A stretch of DNA of 64,000 nucleotides from Mobula hypostoma (Eukaryota), in assembly GCF_963921235.1 (NCBI RefSeq), contig NC_086097.1, positions 127,350,001-127,414,000 of the forward strand. The letters run 5' to 3'. The translations under genes were made by a program, and so were the position numbers. Of this stretch, positions 25,060-38,499 are shown one piece after another (position 1 is the first letter of the stretch; each line of letters begins with the position of its first letter). The notes below the pieces were generated by a model. It was not told the DNA's origin. It was given only the letters and a program-made list of their open reading frames with translations, and did no database searches.

Positions 25060-26250
25060 CCTCCTTGAAGAAAACCTCACATGGCAGAAGAAGAAATTAC
25101 AAAATTTAACGAAAATATTTCAAGGGGGCCTGACATTGTAAATACCATGAGATTGCTTCCTTTCTGGGGGGGGGGGGGGGGGGCAACTAAAACCAGGGAG
25201 ATTTGTCTCAGGATGGGAAAAGAAAGATGTCTAAAAACATTGGGAATCTAGGATTCTCTTCTCGAGAGGACTGTGGAGGTTGAGAATGTTAACATATTCA
25301 ATAGCAAGACAGAGGAAGTCAGGAAACCTAGCTGAGTGGTGCTGCCACAAGTTGAAAACTCAGTCAGCTCTATCATGGGCACTAGCCTCCACAGCATCCA
25401 GGGCATCTTCAAGGAGCAGTGCCTCTGAAAGGTGATGTCCATCATTAAGGATGCCCATCACCCAGGGCATGTCCTCTTCCCTTGATGGGAGGTACAGGAG
25501 CCTGAAGGCACACACATAGATTCAGGAACAGCTTCTTTCCTTCTGCCTTTCTGAATGGACATTGAACCCATGAACACTACCTCAATACTTCCCCCCCCCC
25601 CCCCATTTTGCTCTATTTATTTAATTTAACTTCTTATGCATAGTTTTTATTGTTACGTACTGCAATGTACTGGTCCCACATAACAAAATTTCATGACACA
25701 TGCCAGTGATATTTCACTCTCGATCAACGTCAGTAATACTGATTGCTGACTTCAGGAAGGGGTAAAGAGGGGAACACATCCCAGTCTACATTGGGAGAGA
25801 GTCAACAGCTTAAAATTCCTAGATATTAACCTAACAAATGATCTTTTCTAGGCCCAACACACTTATATAACTACAAAAAAAGGCATGTCAGCATCCTTAC
25901 TTTCTTTTTAGGAAGATCCACTAGTCATTGAACACTCCGAACAAAATTCTACAAAGTGCTGTTGAATGTATCCTGATTGACTGAATTGTGTCCGGGTAAT
26001 AAATACACAGGAACTTAAGAACCTGCACAGAGTAGTGAACTCAAGACCAATATACCACAGGCACGCACTACCGATTCTACGGGAGGCATTGCTTCCTGTA
26101 AGAAGGCAACATCCATCAAAGACCCCTGCTAAGCAGGCCTTGCCATCTTCTTGAAGTTACCACCAGGCAGAGGGTACAGAAGCATGAAGTCCCTCATGAC
26201 CAGTTTCAAGAACAGCTGCTTTCTTTCAACCATCTAGTTCTTGAACCAAT
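25060..26250 (+). mobile_element. Cluster of old LINE 3' fragments (CR1 then Rex/Babar-like)
   Basis: SIIKDAHHPGH and RYRSLKA..RFRNSF-type motifs present twice; boundaries approximate. Confidence 0.55.
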
Positions 26251-26620
26251 TGCCACAATCTTAATTACTAACCACTTTGTTCTAATTCATTCTATTTTGT
26301 CAACTGAGTTAACAACACATCATGAATCTGGAGTTCATTTCTAAGGAAGATGTGCATTGTATCTGAGACCAGAAGGCACATCTACCTTCGTCATTCACTG
26401 CTACAATCTTTTAACCCAACGTCAGCAGAATGGCACACATTTTTTAAACAGAGGTGCAGAATTAGTGGAGGATTGCCAAACATATCAAGCAGAGAACACT
26501 CATCCCTAAAAGAGGCCTTTCTTCCAGCTAAGTTTGGGTTGTCTCCAGCACAGCAGTACAGCTGACGTGGTCTGGTCCGTAATCTTTCACTGTAACGCTG
26601 CAGGTAAACAAATGACTTAC

Positions 26621-26703
26621 CAGGGGGCATAAAACTTCACAAAGGTCACCCCTGTGGCTATCATCTCTTCAAAATTGCTTTCAGTCAGGATAAGAACTTT
26701 GTT
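26621..26703 (-). CDS. TXNDC5: TXNDC5 exon 8
   Basis: cag|[27 protein letters not shown](W)|gtaagt, 83 nt. Confidence 0.96.
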
Positions 26704-28443
26704 CTGCAGAAAGAAGAGGTAAGAGTTGTCAGGTAAAAGGTAACAGACGGAGAGGAGTCTTCAGTCTCTTTACTCAGCCCTACTCTTACATTTTACGCCC
26801 TCGGCAACACAATATGGACCTTGCTGGAAGACACATTGGTCCCAAACCTCTGCAGGTCTTTCACAGTGGGAGCAGGGGATTAATCACACAGAGACACTGC
26901 CCTTGGTGAGATTAGGAAGGGTGTGAAGTAGCTCTAAAACCTACACTTGCACAAGGCAGTGGACAGGCAAAAGTACTCTTCACATCAAAACCCTGCCTGG
27001 TCAGGCTGTTTGTGGGAACTACACTGCAGAAGTGTTAGGAGAAATAGAACACACAGTTTTTCCAGCCAGCATTGAAAATCTCTTGTTCAGTGAATAACAA
27101 TGATCCACTAAATTAGGCCATTGTCAAGGTCTTCTAGTCACTGGATGCAGCACCCTGGCCTATGCCAAATAAAAGGATTAAGACGACTCTCCCATTTTTA
27201 AAAAGCAAGTGCTTCTACTGAGTTTATTTATTAATTAATGTGGTGAAGGCCTCACCACCCAGCAAGCCATCTCTTTAACCCTAGCCTAATCACTGGACAA
27301 TTTACAATGACCAATTAACCTACGAACCAGTATCTCTTTGGAATGTGGGAGAAAACCAGAGCACCCAGAAGAAACCCACATGCTCATGGGACAAACTTCT
27401 TACAGATGGTGTCAGAATTGAATTCCCAACTCCAACACCCCCACCTGTAATACTGTTGCGCTAGCCACAACTCTCAACGTAAATCTACAGGAGATTTTTA
27501 AAAAATACAACCAATGGACTCCTTAAAACCTCGTCCACTCAAACTTCACTCATCTTTCTTTGCTGCCTGTCACTGGTTTACTCAAGATAAACTCAGACCA
27601 ATATTAAAAGCCATGACAGAAATTCTTACTGAATATGCAAATGAGGGAGGAAAATTTCGACAATCTCATCAAATGAAAGATTGAGTTTACAGTACTTTTT
27701 GTTAGTCTTTCATAGAAAATGGGCATCGCTGACAAAACCAGCAATGACCCATCCTTAAATGTCTCTGAAATTGCCCCATGGGACAATTAGGAGCCAGCCA
27801 CGTTAATGTGAGACTATGGTCAATCACTGAAGGTGAGAGGTTGCAAATTTCCTCCCTGAAGGTTATCAGGAATCAGTAGGGTTTTTGCAAGCTTCCATGG
27901 TTATCATTTTTCCCATTAATATTTTATGCACAAAATTTACTTCAAAATTTTTAATTAAATTGAATTTGAACCGCAGCAAAACAGAACTTCACTCCACATC
28001 TCTACATTATTTGCCCAGTGAGAAAGCCAGGATGCTACCAGCACAATAGCAGTACGCTACATGCTTCCTATGAATAAAAGAAAATCCAGGATTTTTCTTG
28101 AAGATTCTCAACTGGTCAATTTCCCGTCATGTTCCAATTCTAATTTTTACAATAAAGGTGTATGTAGTTGGCTTTTGTAATTCCATTTATGAGTTTTAAG
28201 CAGCAAGATACAACCTTTCTCTTTCCAGGAACCAACATAAATTACCTTCAGAAAGGGGAGCATCTTAAAACAGCTCAGATGCATTAATGGTTAAAAAGAA
28301 AGCACAGGCTAGAACATTAGCTAGCTTGGTGAAATAGTGAGGTGACCAAGCCAAAGTGAATAAAGAATCAGAACAAAGACAGATTAAAACTACATCGGTC
28401 ATGCAAGCTTCCCTCCCCAACAAAAATGCCTTGTCTGAAATAC

Positions 28444-28644
28444 CAGATTCTCCTCTCCTTCCTCCTCATCCTCGTGCTCCTCCTCCGCTTCCTCCTCAGG
28501 CTCATCTTCTTCCCCTTCCTCAAGTTCAAACTCTTCCTTGTCTTCACTACTGTCTTCATCTTCAGAGAATTGAGCAGCCTTCAACTGGGAATCCACATAT
28601 TCCTTTAGAGAGTCCAGATCTCGCTTTCCCTTGTATTGATCGAC
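28444..28644 (-). CDS. TXNDC5: TXNDC5 exon 7 (end of Trx2 plus acidic linker)
   Basis: tag|VDQYKGKRDLDSLKEYVDSQLKAAQFSEDEDSS...EEEGEENL|gtattt, 201 nt, phase 0/0; donor less certain than acceptor. Confidence 0.88.
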
Positions 28645-28804
28645 CTAAGGAAGAGATTTGAAACCGTTGGAAAATAGGCCTCTCAATTTGAGTGCAAGGT
28701 TACATTCTAGTGGTTCAAAAAGGGAAATGTTCCCAGAAACTGTGATCTCCCAGCACAACCAAATCGATAGTCATCTAAATCATGGAATTCGGATGTCCTT
28801 GCTT

Positions 28805-29165
28805 TAAGAAACGCTGAAATGTAGAAGGGTGACCTTATACTGATTTACAACAACATGTGGGGCATCGGTAAGGTGAATAGTCATTGTCGTTTTCCCAGGC
28901 TACGGATATCTAAAGCCAGCGGGCTTAGGTTTAAGGGGAGAGGGTAAAGATTTGAAAGGAACCCGAGGGGTAGCACTTTCATACACAGGGTACTGGGTAT
29001 ATGGAACGAGCAGCCGGAGGAAGTTGTAGAGGTGAGTACAATTACGCTTGTGAGGCACTTGGACAATTACCTAGATAGGAAAGGTTTAGAGGGACATTGG
29101 CTAAACACAGGCCATCTCAGGTAGGCAACTGGTCAGCCTGGCCAGTATATTATAACCATGACTGA
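28805..29165 (+). mobile_element. CR1 3' fragment
   Basis: gggcttaggtttaagggg...tggaacgagcagccggagg, CR1 ORF2 C-terminus and 3' UTR pattern. Confidence 0.65.
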
Positions 29166-29597
29166 CCCAGCAGTGCAACTTACTCCATTTAAAATCCAAC
29201 TTGAGCACTATTACGTACTGGACTGAGATCAGCGATAGCATGACAAATGGGTCAAGGCTGTGAAGGAGTTCTCTACACAAATTTGGTTAAATTCTGTGGG
29301 AGGGGGTGGGAAGTAACTGCAAAAAAAAAGGGTGGGCAGTAGATGATGACGGAGACCACCCAGAGTAGAGTACTCAGATCAATTTTGCTTTGCTGTCAAT
29401 GAACCCAAATCTCCCTCACTTAACGGCAACATTGGGACAGAGGACCTGGGAATTACAGCTCTATTGAGGGCTGCTAACATAAAACTTATTCCATTTATTT
29501 TTTAAATTACATTACTAAACATACTATAAAGAATTCCTGGGGTGACACTTTGAATCATGCCAAAAGGTAACAATCCTTAAACTCTTGAAGGTGACAA

Positions 29598-30590
29598 GTC
29601 GTGACCTTTTGGCCTGATTTGTAACCATTTGGGGGATCAGTAACTAACGGCCGGTGACATTACACGCATGGAATGCCACGCCACGTCACGTCAGGAAGTT
29701 GTGAAGAGAACGACACTGGTGTCCAAGCCGTAGCTTCCTGCAGCAGCAACACAAACAGTAGGGTGGTATGGGAGAAAATATCAAGGCCTTACATTGTAAT
29801 GGGCATTGAGGGGCTAAAGATTTGTTTTAAAATATGAATTCGAAGTTTACAATCTGTAGCTAAAGTACTCTATAGGACTGAAATGCGCCTCGCAACTGAG
29901 ACACGGAAATAACTGTATCTGTACTTCTCTGTTCTGAGAATGTTACATGTCTGCAGCTGAGCAAGCTAGCCTGATATATATTTTTTGAGAACTAACACTT
30001 AATTAAAATGTGCAGCTGCTCGAGGACATATTTTTGCTACTTCGCTATTTGGTAGCGTTGCTGAAGTTCCACTAAAATACTAAGAAACTGTTTGCTAAGC
30101 TTTGCCTTGAAGTCGCCATGCAGGATGCAATGGACTAATTATACATGGTTCTCTAATTTCGCTAGACAAAGGACTAAATAAAGGATCACCTGGTGAGGCA
30201 ATGTCTTGAAGCAGGTTCTTAGACAATGATTAGTTAATGATCAATTACCTTATACATACCTTATGTTACTGTTGCTGGGCAAATCAGAAAGAAAGCCTAC
30301 CCAGCAACAGGTGACGTTCTAAACATTGTTCTCTGTAAATGCTAGGCAAAGGTTCAAATAAGGAATTATGTGGTCATACAATGTCCTGAGGCACGTGACC
30401 TTTACTTCTGTAAAAATCCAACCCAAGTATCTCCTGTCACATACCATTCATGTATAAATATGACTCAGTTTTCTTATTTGACAGAGTCCCGGACCCCGCT
30501 TTTAGGAGCTTGGGCTCTCCGTGATATCATGAAAATAAAGACTTTCTGAAGCAGCTCTCTTCGGGTCCGAGAGTACTCTTTTCCGCGACA
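29598..30590 (+). mobile_element. Probable solo LTR inside a CR1 fragment (CR1 resumes 30591-31200)
   Basis: TATAAA 30453, AATAAA 30534, ends ccgcgaCA; 5' boundary uncertain, no clean TSD. Confidence 0.45.
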
Positions 30591-31635
30591 GGTGGTAAAG
30601 GCAGCAAATGGCATACTTGTTTTCCGTAGATGGAACATTGAGTACAAGTGTCAGGAAGTCATGCTGCAGCTGTAAAGAGCCTTAGTTAGGTCACATTCGG
30701 GGTATCAGGCTCAATTCTGGTCACCCTATTACAGGAGGGTGTGGAGGATATGGAGAAGGAGCCAATAGAAGGTCACCAAAATCTCCTCAGATTAACGAAT
30801 ATTAGCTATAAAGGAAATGCCGGACAGACTTAGGTTGCTTTCTCTGGCACACCAAAGGCCCAGAGGAGACCTGTTGGAAGTTAATAAAATTTTGAGATGC
30901 ACAGTTTTAAGGCAGGAGGGGAAAAGCTTAAGGGAGATGTGTGCAGGCCAAGTGTGTGAGTGTGTGTGTGTGTGTGTGTGTGTTTTTTAAATATAGAGTG
31001 GTGGATGTCTGGAACGCCCTAGGGGTTGTGGCACATGCAGATGTGATAGTGGCGATTAACTGGTATTCAGAGAGACACAGGCAGGGAGTGGAGGGATGTG
31101 GTTCGTGTGCAGGTATATGGAGTTAGGTTCATTTGGCCTCATGGTCAGTACAAGCTTTGTGGGCAGATGGGCCTGCTCCTGTGCTGTATTGTTCTAAGTG
31201 CCTGGTTCCATTTCACAAGGGATAGAACTTCATTGGGAATTGGGTGCAACATTTCAAAACACACAAATATCACTTTTAGGTGTGACTATGAATTTAAAAA
31301 AACACAAGGAAAAATGGGTTTGATTTCAAGACAACCATTTTCAGGAATTTCCCCTCCCTTGACCACCACTATAAGCATTCTCAGAATATGATAGAATTTG
31401 CTGCAGGATTTCACCTTGCACCCTCCATCCAAACTGAAAGTGAGAAAGAACAAAGGAGGGGAAGACATCCGGAAATTTTAAACACCTGTCTACTTTCATA
31501 GAATGATTTTATCATTTTCGACAAATAGTAGATTTCCCAGCTCCCCTGCAAGTCCCAGCAATGCTAAATTTAATGAGCCTCACAGACCAGCACATTACTG
31601 GACCAGGCAAGGAAGGAAGGAAGCAAAGAACTTGC

Positions 31636-31722
31636 CTTTTCGCCATCCTTGAACCACAGCAGCGTGGGATATCCTCGCACCTGGCTATCAGAGCACAGCT
31701 GCTGATGGAGGGTGCAGTCAAC
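31636..31722 (-). CDS. TXNDC5: TXNDC5 exon 6, followed by a GC donor
   Basis: cag|[29 protein letters not shown]|gcaagt, 87 nt. Confidence 0.93.
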
Positions 31723-32598
31723 CTGGGAAAAGATCACAACAGAATCAGCACCCTTACGTGCCGCAGCGATACTGCTTCAAAGTGTGCATGTCCTTGTTTT
31801 CCCCAACTATCACTAACTCCTCTCCCTTGCCGGTTAGCTTTCATCACCCAGTCCCTAAAATTCAATTACCTCAAGGAAGGAACCATTCCAGCAAGGAGAC
31901 CTTTATGCTCATACTGCGCCCTAGAGAAATCCATTCCGTGCTAATTACTCTTCTCTTTCCCTACAATCTGTTACTCACAAGTGCCTATCCAATTCTGTTT
32001 CCACCACAGTGCAGTCAAGAGGGTTACATGTTGTCACCTGCAGTGTTTTGAATAAAATTATTTTCTTCACACTCTCTTATCTAAAGCATTCTCACTTTAA
32101 ATCTACAACCCTGGCAAATGTCATTGACTCTGGAGTCTCAGCATCACATGCAAGATACAGCAGAGACCGCTGCTCTCCTCAATGCTTTTGAGGTTTGGTT
32201 TACCTACAGCAGGCATCTCAGAGCACTGGAAAAATTACACCAAAGCCACTTTGGCCAAATTCATTTTAAGCTTAACTGAACCAACATCAGTATCCTTTGC
32301 CAAACCAAAGTTGAGCTTAGTCAAAGTCAAGTTTGCTGTTACATGCAATGAAAAAATTACTTGCCGCATCTTGGGCACATACACTCAGATACATGATTGC
32401 AAGAGAAGCAAATCATACACAATTTCTACAAGAGAGTACACAATTAAAAGCACAAAAAGAAGCATCAAGTCCATCGTAGTGCAAAGCAGTCATGGGTTGG
32501 CTATACTCGGGTGGTGACTGTGCAGGCTGGTTCAACAGCTGAATGGCTGAAGTAACGTAGCTGTTCTTTCACAATCTTTCACAAAAGGTTGGTTTGCG

Positions 32599-33240
32599 GG
32601 TGCAGCAGGCTATCAAGGCAGCAAATGGAATGTGGCATTCATTGTAAAGGGATTGAATTTAAGAGCAGGGAGGTTATGCTGCAACTGTACAAGGTACTGG
32701 TGAGGCCACACCTGGAGTACTGCGTGCAGTTCTAGTCTTCCTTTCCTGGAGGCGGTGCAGAGGAGGTTCACCAGGTTGATACAGAGATGAGGGGTTAGAC
32801 TATGAGGAGAGATTGAGTCACCTGGGACTGTACTCACTAGAATTCAGAACGATGAGAGGAGATCTGATAGAGACATATATAATTATGAAAGGGATAGATA
32901 AGATAGAGGCAGGAAAGTTGTTTCCACTGGTAGGTGAGACTAGAACAAGGGGAAATAGCCTCAAGATTCAGGGGAGTAGATTTAGGATGGAGATGAGGAG
33001 GAACCACTTTTCCCAGAGTGGTGAATCTGTGGAATTCTCTGCCCATTGAAGCAGTGGAGGATACCTCAGTAAATATATTTAACACAAGATTGGTTAAATT
33101 TTTGCATAGTAGGGGAATTAAGGGTTATGAGGAAAAGGCAAGTAGGTGGAGATGAGTCCATGGCCAGATCAGCCATGATCTTATTGAATGGCAAAGCAGG
33201 CTCGATGGGCCAGATGGCCTACTCTTCCTATTATGTTCAT
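32599..33240 (+). mobile_element. CR1 3' fragment
   Basis: LGLYSLEFRTMRGDLIETY..TRGNSLKI followed by CR1 3' UTR. Confidence 0.85.
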
Positions 33241-34190
33241 GATTGATGGATGTGCTCAAAGCCTCCTTGAGGGAATGCAACATCCCCACTGACTCCTGGG
33301 AACCTTCGGCCCATGGCCAGTGAAAGCAGAGGAAGAGCAGTTGGACTGGCACTGAGAACTGCAGGGCTATGCATCAGGAGAACTCAAGCAGCAGGGTCAC
33401 ACCACCTCACCAGCCAACTAGCTACCTCCCTACCTCCCTACTACTTTATGTGGAACGGTCCATGGTGCCATTGTGGGTTCAGAGGCGGCCAATGAGGCCA
33501 AGCAAATGCTTGATCCCGAAGGACTGCTTCAGAAGAAGTCATAAAGCTTACTTGAAGCTACTCTGAAACAACTCGGCCTGTGCTCTCCACCATCAGGCTC
33601 ACATGGGCAGTCAACGGTGGTCCCTTTAACTTCAGAATTCCCTCATGGAATCAAAGACAATTCTGCTTTTAAGAACCAAAAACCTGACCAATGGAATTGA
33701 CTCTGTACCATCTTGATTGAAATTAGAATTATCAGTTGACTTCTTCATCTAATGGTCTTCTAAAGCAAGTGACAATGAAGACTTTTTTTTAAATGAGTAC
33801 TGCACACAGTAGTATTGGGAATAATAATCCATCCAAATACTGAAATGCAATGCATTCTTGAAAGGTTCCAGATCTCTAGGTAAAACATACACCCAGGACT
33901 AACCACAGAGGGTTTACTCGGCTATTTCTTACACTCACTCCACATCCTTACTTTGGTTCAATAGAGCTATATTTGATCAAAGAGAGGCAGGAAGATATGC
34001 GGCTGTGAACTTTACACCTACAGTACCTTGGATTTATTTTATATTGTATGGATCAGATTGTCTACAAGACTGTGTTCTCCGAGCCCAGGAATTTCTTCCC
34101 ACCCACAATCTACTGAGCACTACCACATGCCAGGCGTTCTTTTCTAAACCTATCCAGAAAAGCTATTTCTTGTCCTCTCAATGCTCCCAC

Positions 34191-34306
34191 CTTGCTAATT
34201 TTCACACTGTCAGAATGCTCGAAGGCCGCTGCCAACTGTTCCCACGCTGGAGCCAGAGCCTTGCAGTGTCCGCACCACGGAGCAAAGAACTTGATGAAGT
34301 GAAAGC
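34191..34306 (-). CDS. TXNDC5: TXNDC5 exon 5
   Basis: tag|(G)[38 protein letters not shown]|gtggga, 116 nt. Confidence 0.96.
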
Positions 34307-34449
34307 CTAGAAAAGAATTTTATTGGCAGTTACGGAGATTGTTATTAAAAAAAGCCATAACAATCAATGTGTTCTTGCTGAGAATTTAGACGGAAGTTGT
34401 AAAATTAAGAATTTTGAAAAACATTTACCTTTCTCTTGTAAGCCAAATA

Positions 34450-35939
34450 CAGTGCCTTAAAAAGTATTTAGCCCCCACAACTATGTTCACATTTTACTGA
34501 CTCATTTCCTAAATTAAAAATATACTGAAGTGGGATTTTTTGAGCAAATCTACAAAACATTGTGTAATCGAAAGAAAACCTGCCAACAATTTACTAAAAT
34601 TAAAAATCAGAATTGTAGGCTGAAAAGTATTCATCCCCTTTGCAATTGCTATGCTAACTTTCTTCAGGAAGAATACTGTATCTACCTTACCAACTCACCC
34701 AATTTGTTGATGTGGAAAATTGGAGGATCACCTGAATAAATACTCCCTCTCTCTGCAAGGTCCAACAGTATGGTACATAGACTTTCAACAGACCAAACCA
34801 AAATGAAGACAAAAGAGCTTTTGAGGCAAGCCAAGGAAATAATATAGAGAAGCACAAATCTGAAGAAGGCTACAAGACCACCTCAAAAGGCAAAACATAC
34901 CGTGGAGCTCAGTGCAGTCAATTGTGTGTGGAAAAAATATGAAACCACAGCCACACTGCCTAGGTTAGTCCATCCCTTTAAACTTAGTCGCCAGTGAAGA
35001 ATGGCACTTGTAAGAGCGCCTACTGTGACACCAGCAGTCACTCTAAGTGAGCGGCAGTAGTCAGTGGCTGCCACTGGAGATGAAGGTCATTGCACAAAAA
35101 ATGGTATTCAAGGAAGAATCTCTGGCTTTAAAAAAAAATCATATCCTTTCCTGTCAATACTTTGTAAAGTGTTGCTTAGAAGCTACTGTAAAGATGTGGA
35201 AGAGGGTCCCGTGATCAGATGAAACTAAAGTGGAACTTTTTGGCCTCAACACTAAGCAGTACATGTGGTGTAAATACTGAGTGCCAGCAGGTAACACTAT
35301 TGTAAAGCATGGTGAAGGTAGCATCATGCTTTGGGGGTGCTTTTCAGCAGCAGGGACTGGATATTTGGTTAGGATTGATGGGAAGATGAATGCAGAAAGA
35401 TCCTGGGCAAAAACCTGCTAGCCCCTGCCTGAAAGTTTAAATTGGGGAGGAAGTTTGACTTTCAGCAAGACAATGACCGAAAGCACACTGTCGGAACAAC
35501 AACAGAGTGGCTTCAAATGAAGAACATTGATGCCCTTGAGTGGCCTAGTCAGAATCTTGACCTTAACCCAATCGAACATCTCTTGCAAAACCTCAAGATT
35601 GCTGTCCACTGCCACTCCCCAAATAACTTGAGCAATTTTTCACGGAAGGATGGGCAAATCTTGCTCTATCACATCGTGCAAAGCTAATAGGGACTCATCT
35701 AAAAAGACTACTGGCTGCAACAGCTGAGAGAGGTGGGTAAACTACATAATGAGCAAGCGGGGATCAACAACTTTGAAATACTGGCATATTTTCATGCTTT
35801 ACAATTTTCCCTGCTCTACTGTGAAAAATAAGCGTGTGATTCACAAATAAAAACATCAGTTAAATTAATGAAAATCCCTTGTTGCAATTCTCATTTATGT
35901 GAATAACAGATTGGAGCTGAAAACTTTTACAAAGCACTG
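34450..35939 (+). mobile_element. Tc1-family DNA transposon, near full length, decayed transposase
   Basis: TA|cagtgcctt...aaagcactg|TA; remnants MKTKEL (34803), SDETKVELF, FQQDNDRKH, WPSQNLDLNPIE. Confidence 0.9.
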
Positions 35940-36774
35940 TATGTGCTTTCACATACTTGCAATTCCAAACATTTGATTTGCAAACAATTTTACTTGTCAT
36001 CATCACAAGTGTAGAAAGCTGGGAGCTTATTGATTCAGGATACAAACGTTCCTGGCAAGGTTGGCATCCTTACGTGCTTAAGGAAGGGACCACATTCTCA
36101 CAGTACTGTCGTTGGTGTGGTGAAGATGCTCCCACTGCACTTCACTCCAAGATCCTGACCCAATGCCAATGGGGAAAACATGGTATATTCCCAAATCAAG
36201 ATGTTTGTTGAGGAACTTGGAGCTAATGGCATTCTTGTTGGCTCAAATGGAAAATTTATTTAGGGAGGCCTTTGCTTAAGTACTGCAATCTGTCCTGAAG
36301 ATTAAGCAAACTATGGCCACAGCACATTAATGGCAGTGTGCCACTTATAGTTCTCTGTAACCCAAGACCTTGGTGTCGAGAGGCAGTTGACAAGTTACAC
36401 ACACCACACTTCAGCAGACTACATCAGCTGAAGAGGTCTCACCAGATCACCCAAAATTACACAGGAGTGTTGCAAATCCTTCTTCCCAAAGAATGAATGA
36501 TGAGCACATCTTTACTTTCATTATGACCTTCTCAATATTCATATTCAAACAACAATGTCTCTATATGAATTGAGCCAAGAATTATTCAGACCATTCCATA
36601 CTACATTTAAAAGAATGTTTCAGATAGGAATAAGTGCAACAAACACTTTTTAATCTAAGAATTGATAACCAATGTTGTAAGGGGGAGTTGCTAGCACCAA
36701 CTTTCTTTTAAATTGTTTGATACATCTAAAGCACACATATAGAAATAGAAGAGTTAGCCTGGTGTAGAACAGAC

Positions 36775-36871
36775 CTTGTCCAGTGTGTAACTTGAAGTTG
36801 TTGGCTGAGAGTTCATACAAGCCCTGCTTGGCTTCTGGGACTGTGGAAGATTCCTGCTTTGATTCAGTCTG
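36775..36871 (-). CDS. TXNDC5: TXNDC5 exon 4
   Basis: tag|QTESKQESSTVPEAKQGLYELSANNFKLHTGQ(G)|gtctgt, 97 nt; tandem TAGCAG acceptor. Confidence 0.93.
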
Positions 36872-36929
36872 CTAAAGAGTAAAGTACCTTGTTTATAACC
36901 ACTAAATAAGTAAATCACATTTTACAATT

Positions 36930-37128
36930 AGGTAGATACTTCATTGATTCCAAAGGAAATTGCAGTGTCACAATAGCATTACAGGTGCACAGATATACAA
37001 ATATTAGAAGATAAGAAAGAAAAAATGTTTAAAAGTTACCTCCAAAAGTCTAACAAGAGGGGTCATCACTTCCCCGGCTATAAGTTGACTCATTATAGAG
37101 TCTAATAGCCGAGGGTAAGAATGATCTC
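36930..37128 (-). mobile_element. Rex/Babar-like LINE 3' end
   Basis: Minus SFLPSAIRLYN and tail ggaatcaatgaagtatc. Confidence 0.6.
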
Positions 37129-37130
37129 AA

Positions 37131-38499
37131 GTTTGTCAAGTGCTATACAAGAGAAAATAAAATACTGGATCTCTTGTATGCAAATATTAAAGATGCATAC
37201 AGCTCCACAGCTCTACCCCCACTTGGAAGATCAGATCACAACCTGGTTCACCTCATGCCCTTGTATAAGCCCAAAGTACAGCAACAGCTAGCTACCACCG
37301 AGACAGTAAACAAATGATCTCCTGAGGCTATCGAGGTCTTGAAGGGCTGCTTTGAGGCTACTGACTGGAATGTGCTTTGTGAACCATATGGGGAGGACAT
37401 TAACAGACTTACTGATTGCATCACTGGCTACATCAACTTCTGTGTGGACATTGTAATGCCATCAAAGACTGCTCACTGATTCCCTAACAACAAACCATGG
37501 GTCAACAGTGATCTAAAGGATGTAAAGGAGAAGATTAAGGTGGCTAAAGAGGAATACAGGAGAGAGCTGGAGAACGAGCTTGGGCAGAGTAGCACACAGG
37601 ATGTGAGGAGAGGCATGAGGAACATCAATGGCTTCAATCAACCTAGCTGTAGAACCTCAGGATGCAGCCGCGAATGGGCTAATGAGTTAAACCAATTCTT
37701 CAATAGGTTTGACAATTGCCCTCCTGTTCACACCCCCATCTCCCTGTCTCCCTTTCTCTTCACCATTTACACCTCGGACTTCAACTACTGCACAGAGTCT
37801 TGTCATCTTCAGAAGTTTTCTGATGACTCTGCCATAGTTGGATGCATCAGCAAGGGAGGTGAGGCTGAGTACAGGGCTACTGTAGGAAACTTTGTCACAT
37901 GGTGTGAACAGAATTATCTGCAGCTTAATGTGAAAAAGACTAAGGAGCTGGTGGTAGACCTGAGGAGAGCTAAGGTTCCGGTGACCCCTATTTCCATCCA
38001 GGGGGTCAGTGTGGACATGGCGGAGGATTACAAATACCTGGGGATACGAATTGACAATAAACTGGACTGGTAACACTGAGGCTGTCTACAAGAAGGGTCA
38101 GAGTCGTCTCTACTTCCTGAGGAGACTGAGGTCCTTTAACGTCTGCCGGACAATGCTGAGGATGTTGCATGCCATCTTGGTCAATGTCTCCCATCCACTA
38201 CATAATGTACTGGTTGGGCACAGGAGTACATTCAGCCAGAGACTCATTCCACCGAGATGCAGCACTGAGCGTCATAGGAAGTCATTCCTGCCTGTGGCCA
38301 TCAAACTTTACAACTCCTCCCTTGGAGGGTCAGACACCCTGAGCCAATAGGCTGGTCCTGGACTTATTTCATAATTTACTGGCATAATTTACATATTAGT
38401 ATTTAACTATATATGGTTCTATGACTATTTATTATTTATGGTGCAACTGTAACAAAAACCAATATCCCCCTGGGATCAATAAAGTATGACTATGACTAT
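37131..38499 (+). mobile_element. Rex1/Babar-like LINE with internal deletions
   Basis: PPLGRSDHNLV, FPNNKPW, KFSDDSAIVGCI, LNVKKTKELVVD, YKYLG, SFLPVAIKLYN; tail aataaagtatgactatgactat. Confidence 0.85.

Noticed and set aside
34425..34440. Good-looking minus donor gagaaag|gtaaat
   Set aside because: No upstream acceptor or coding similarity; abuts the Tc1 insertion
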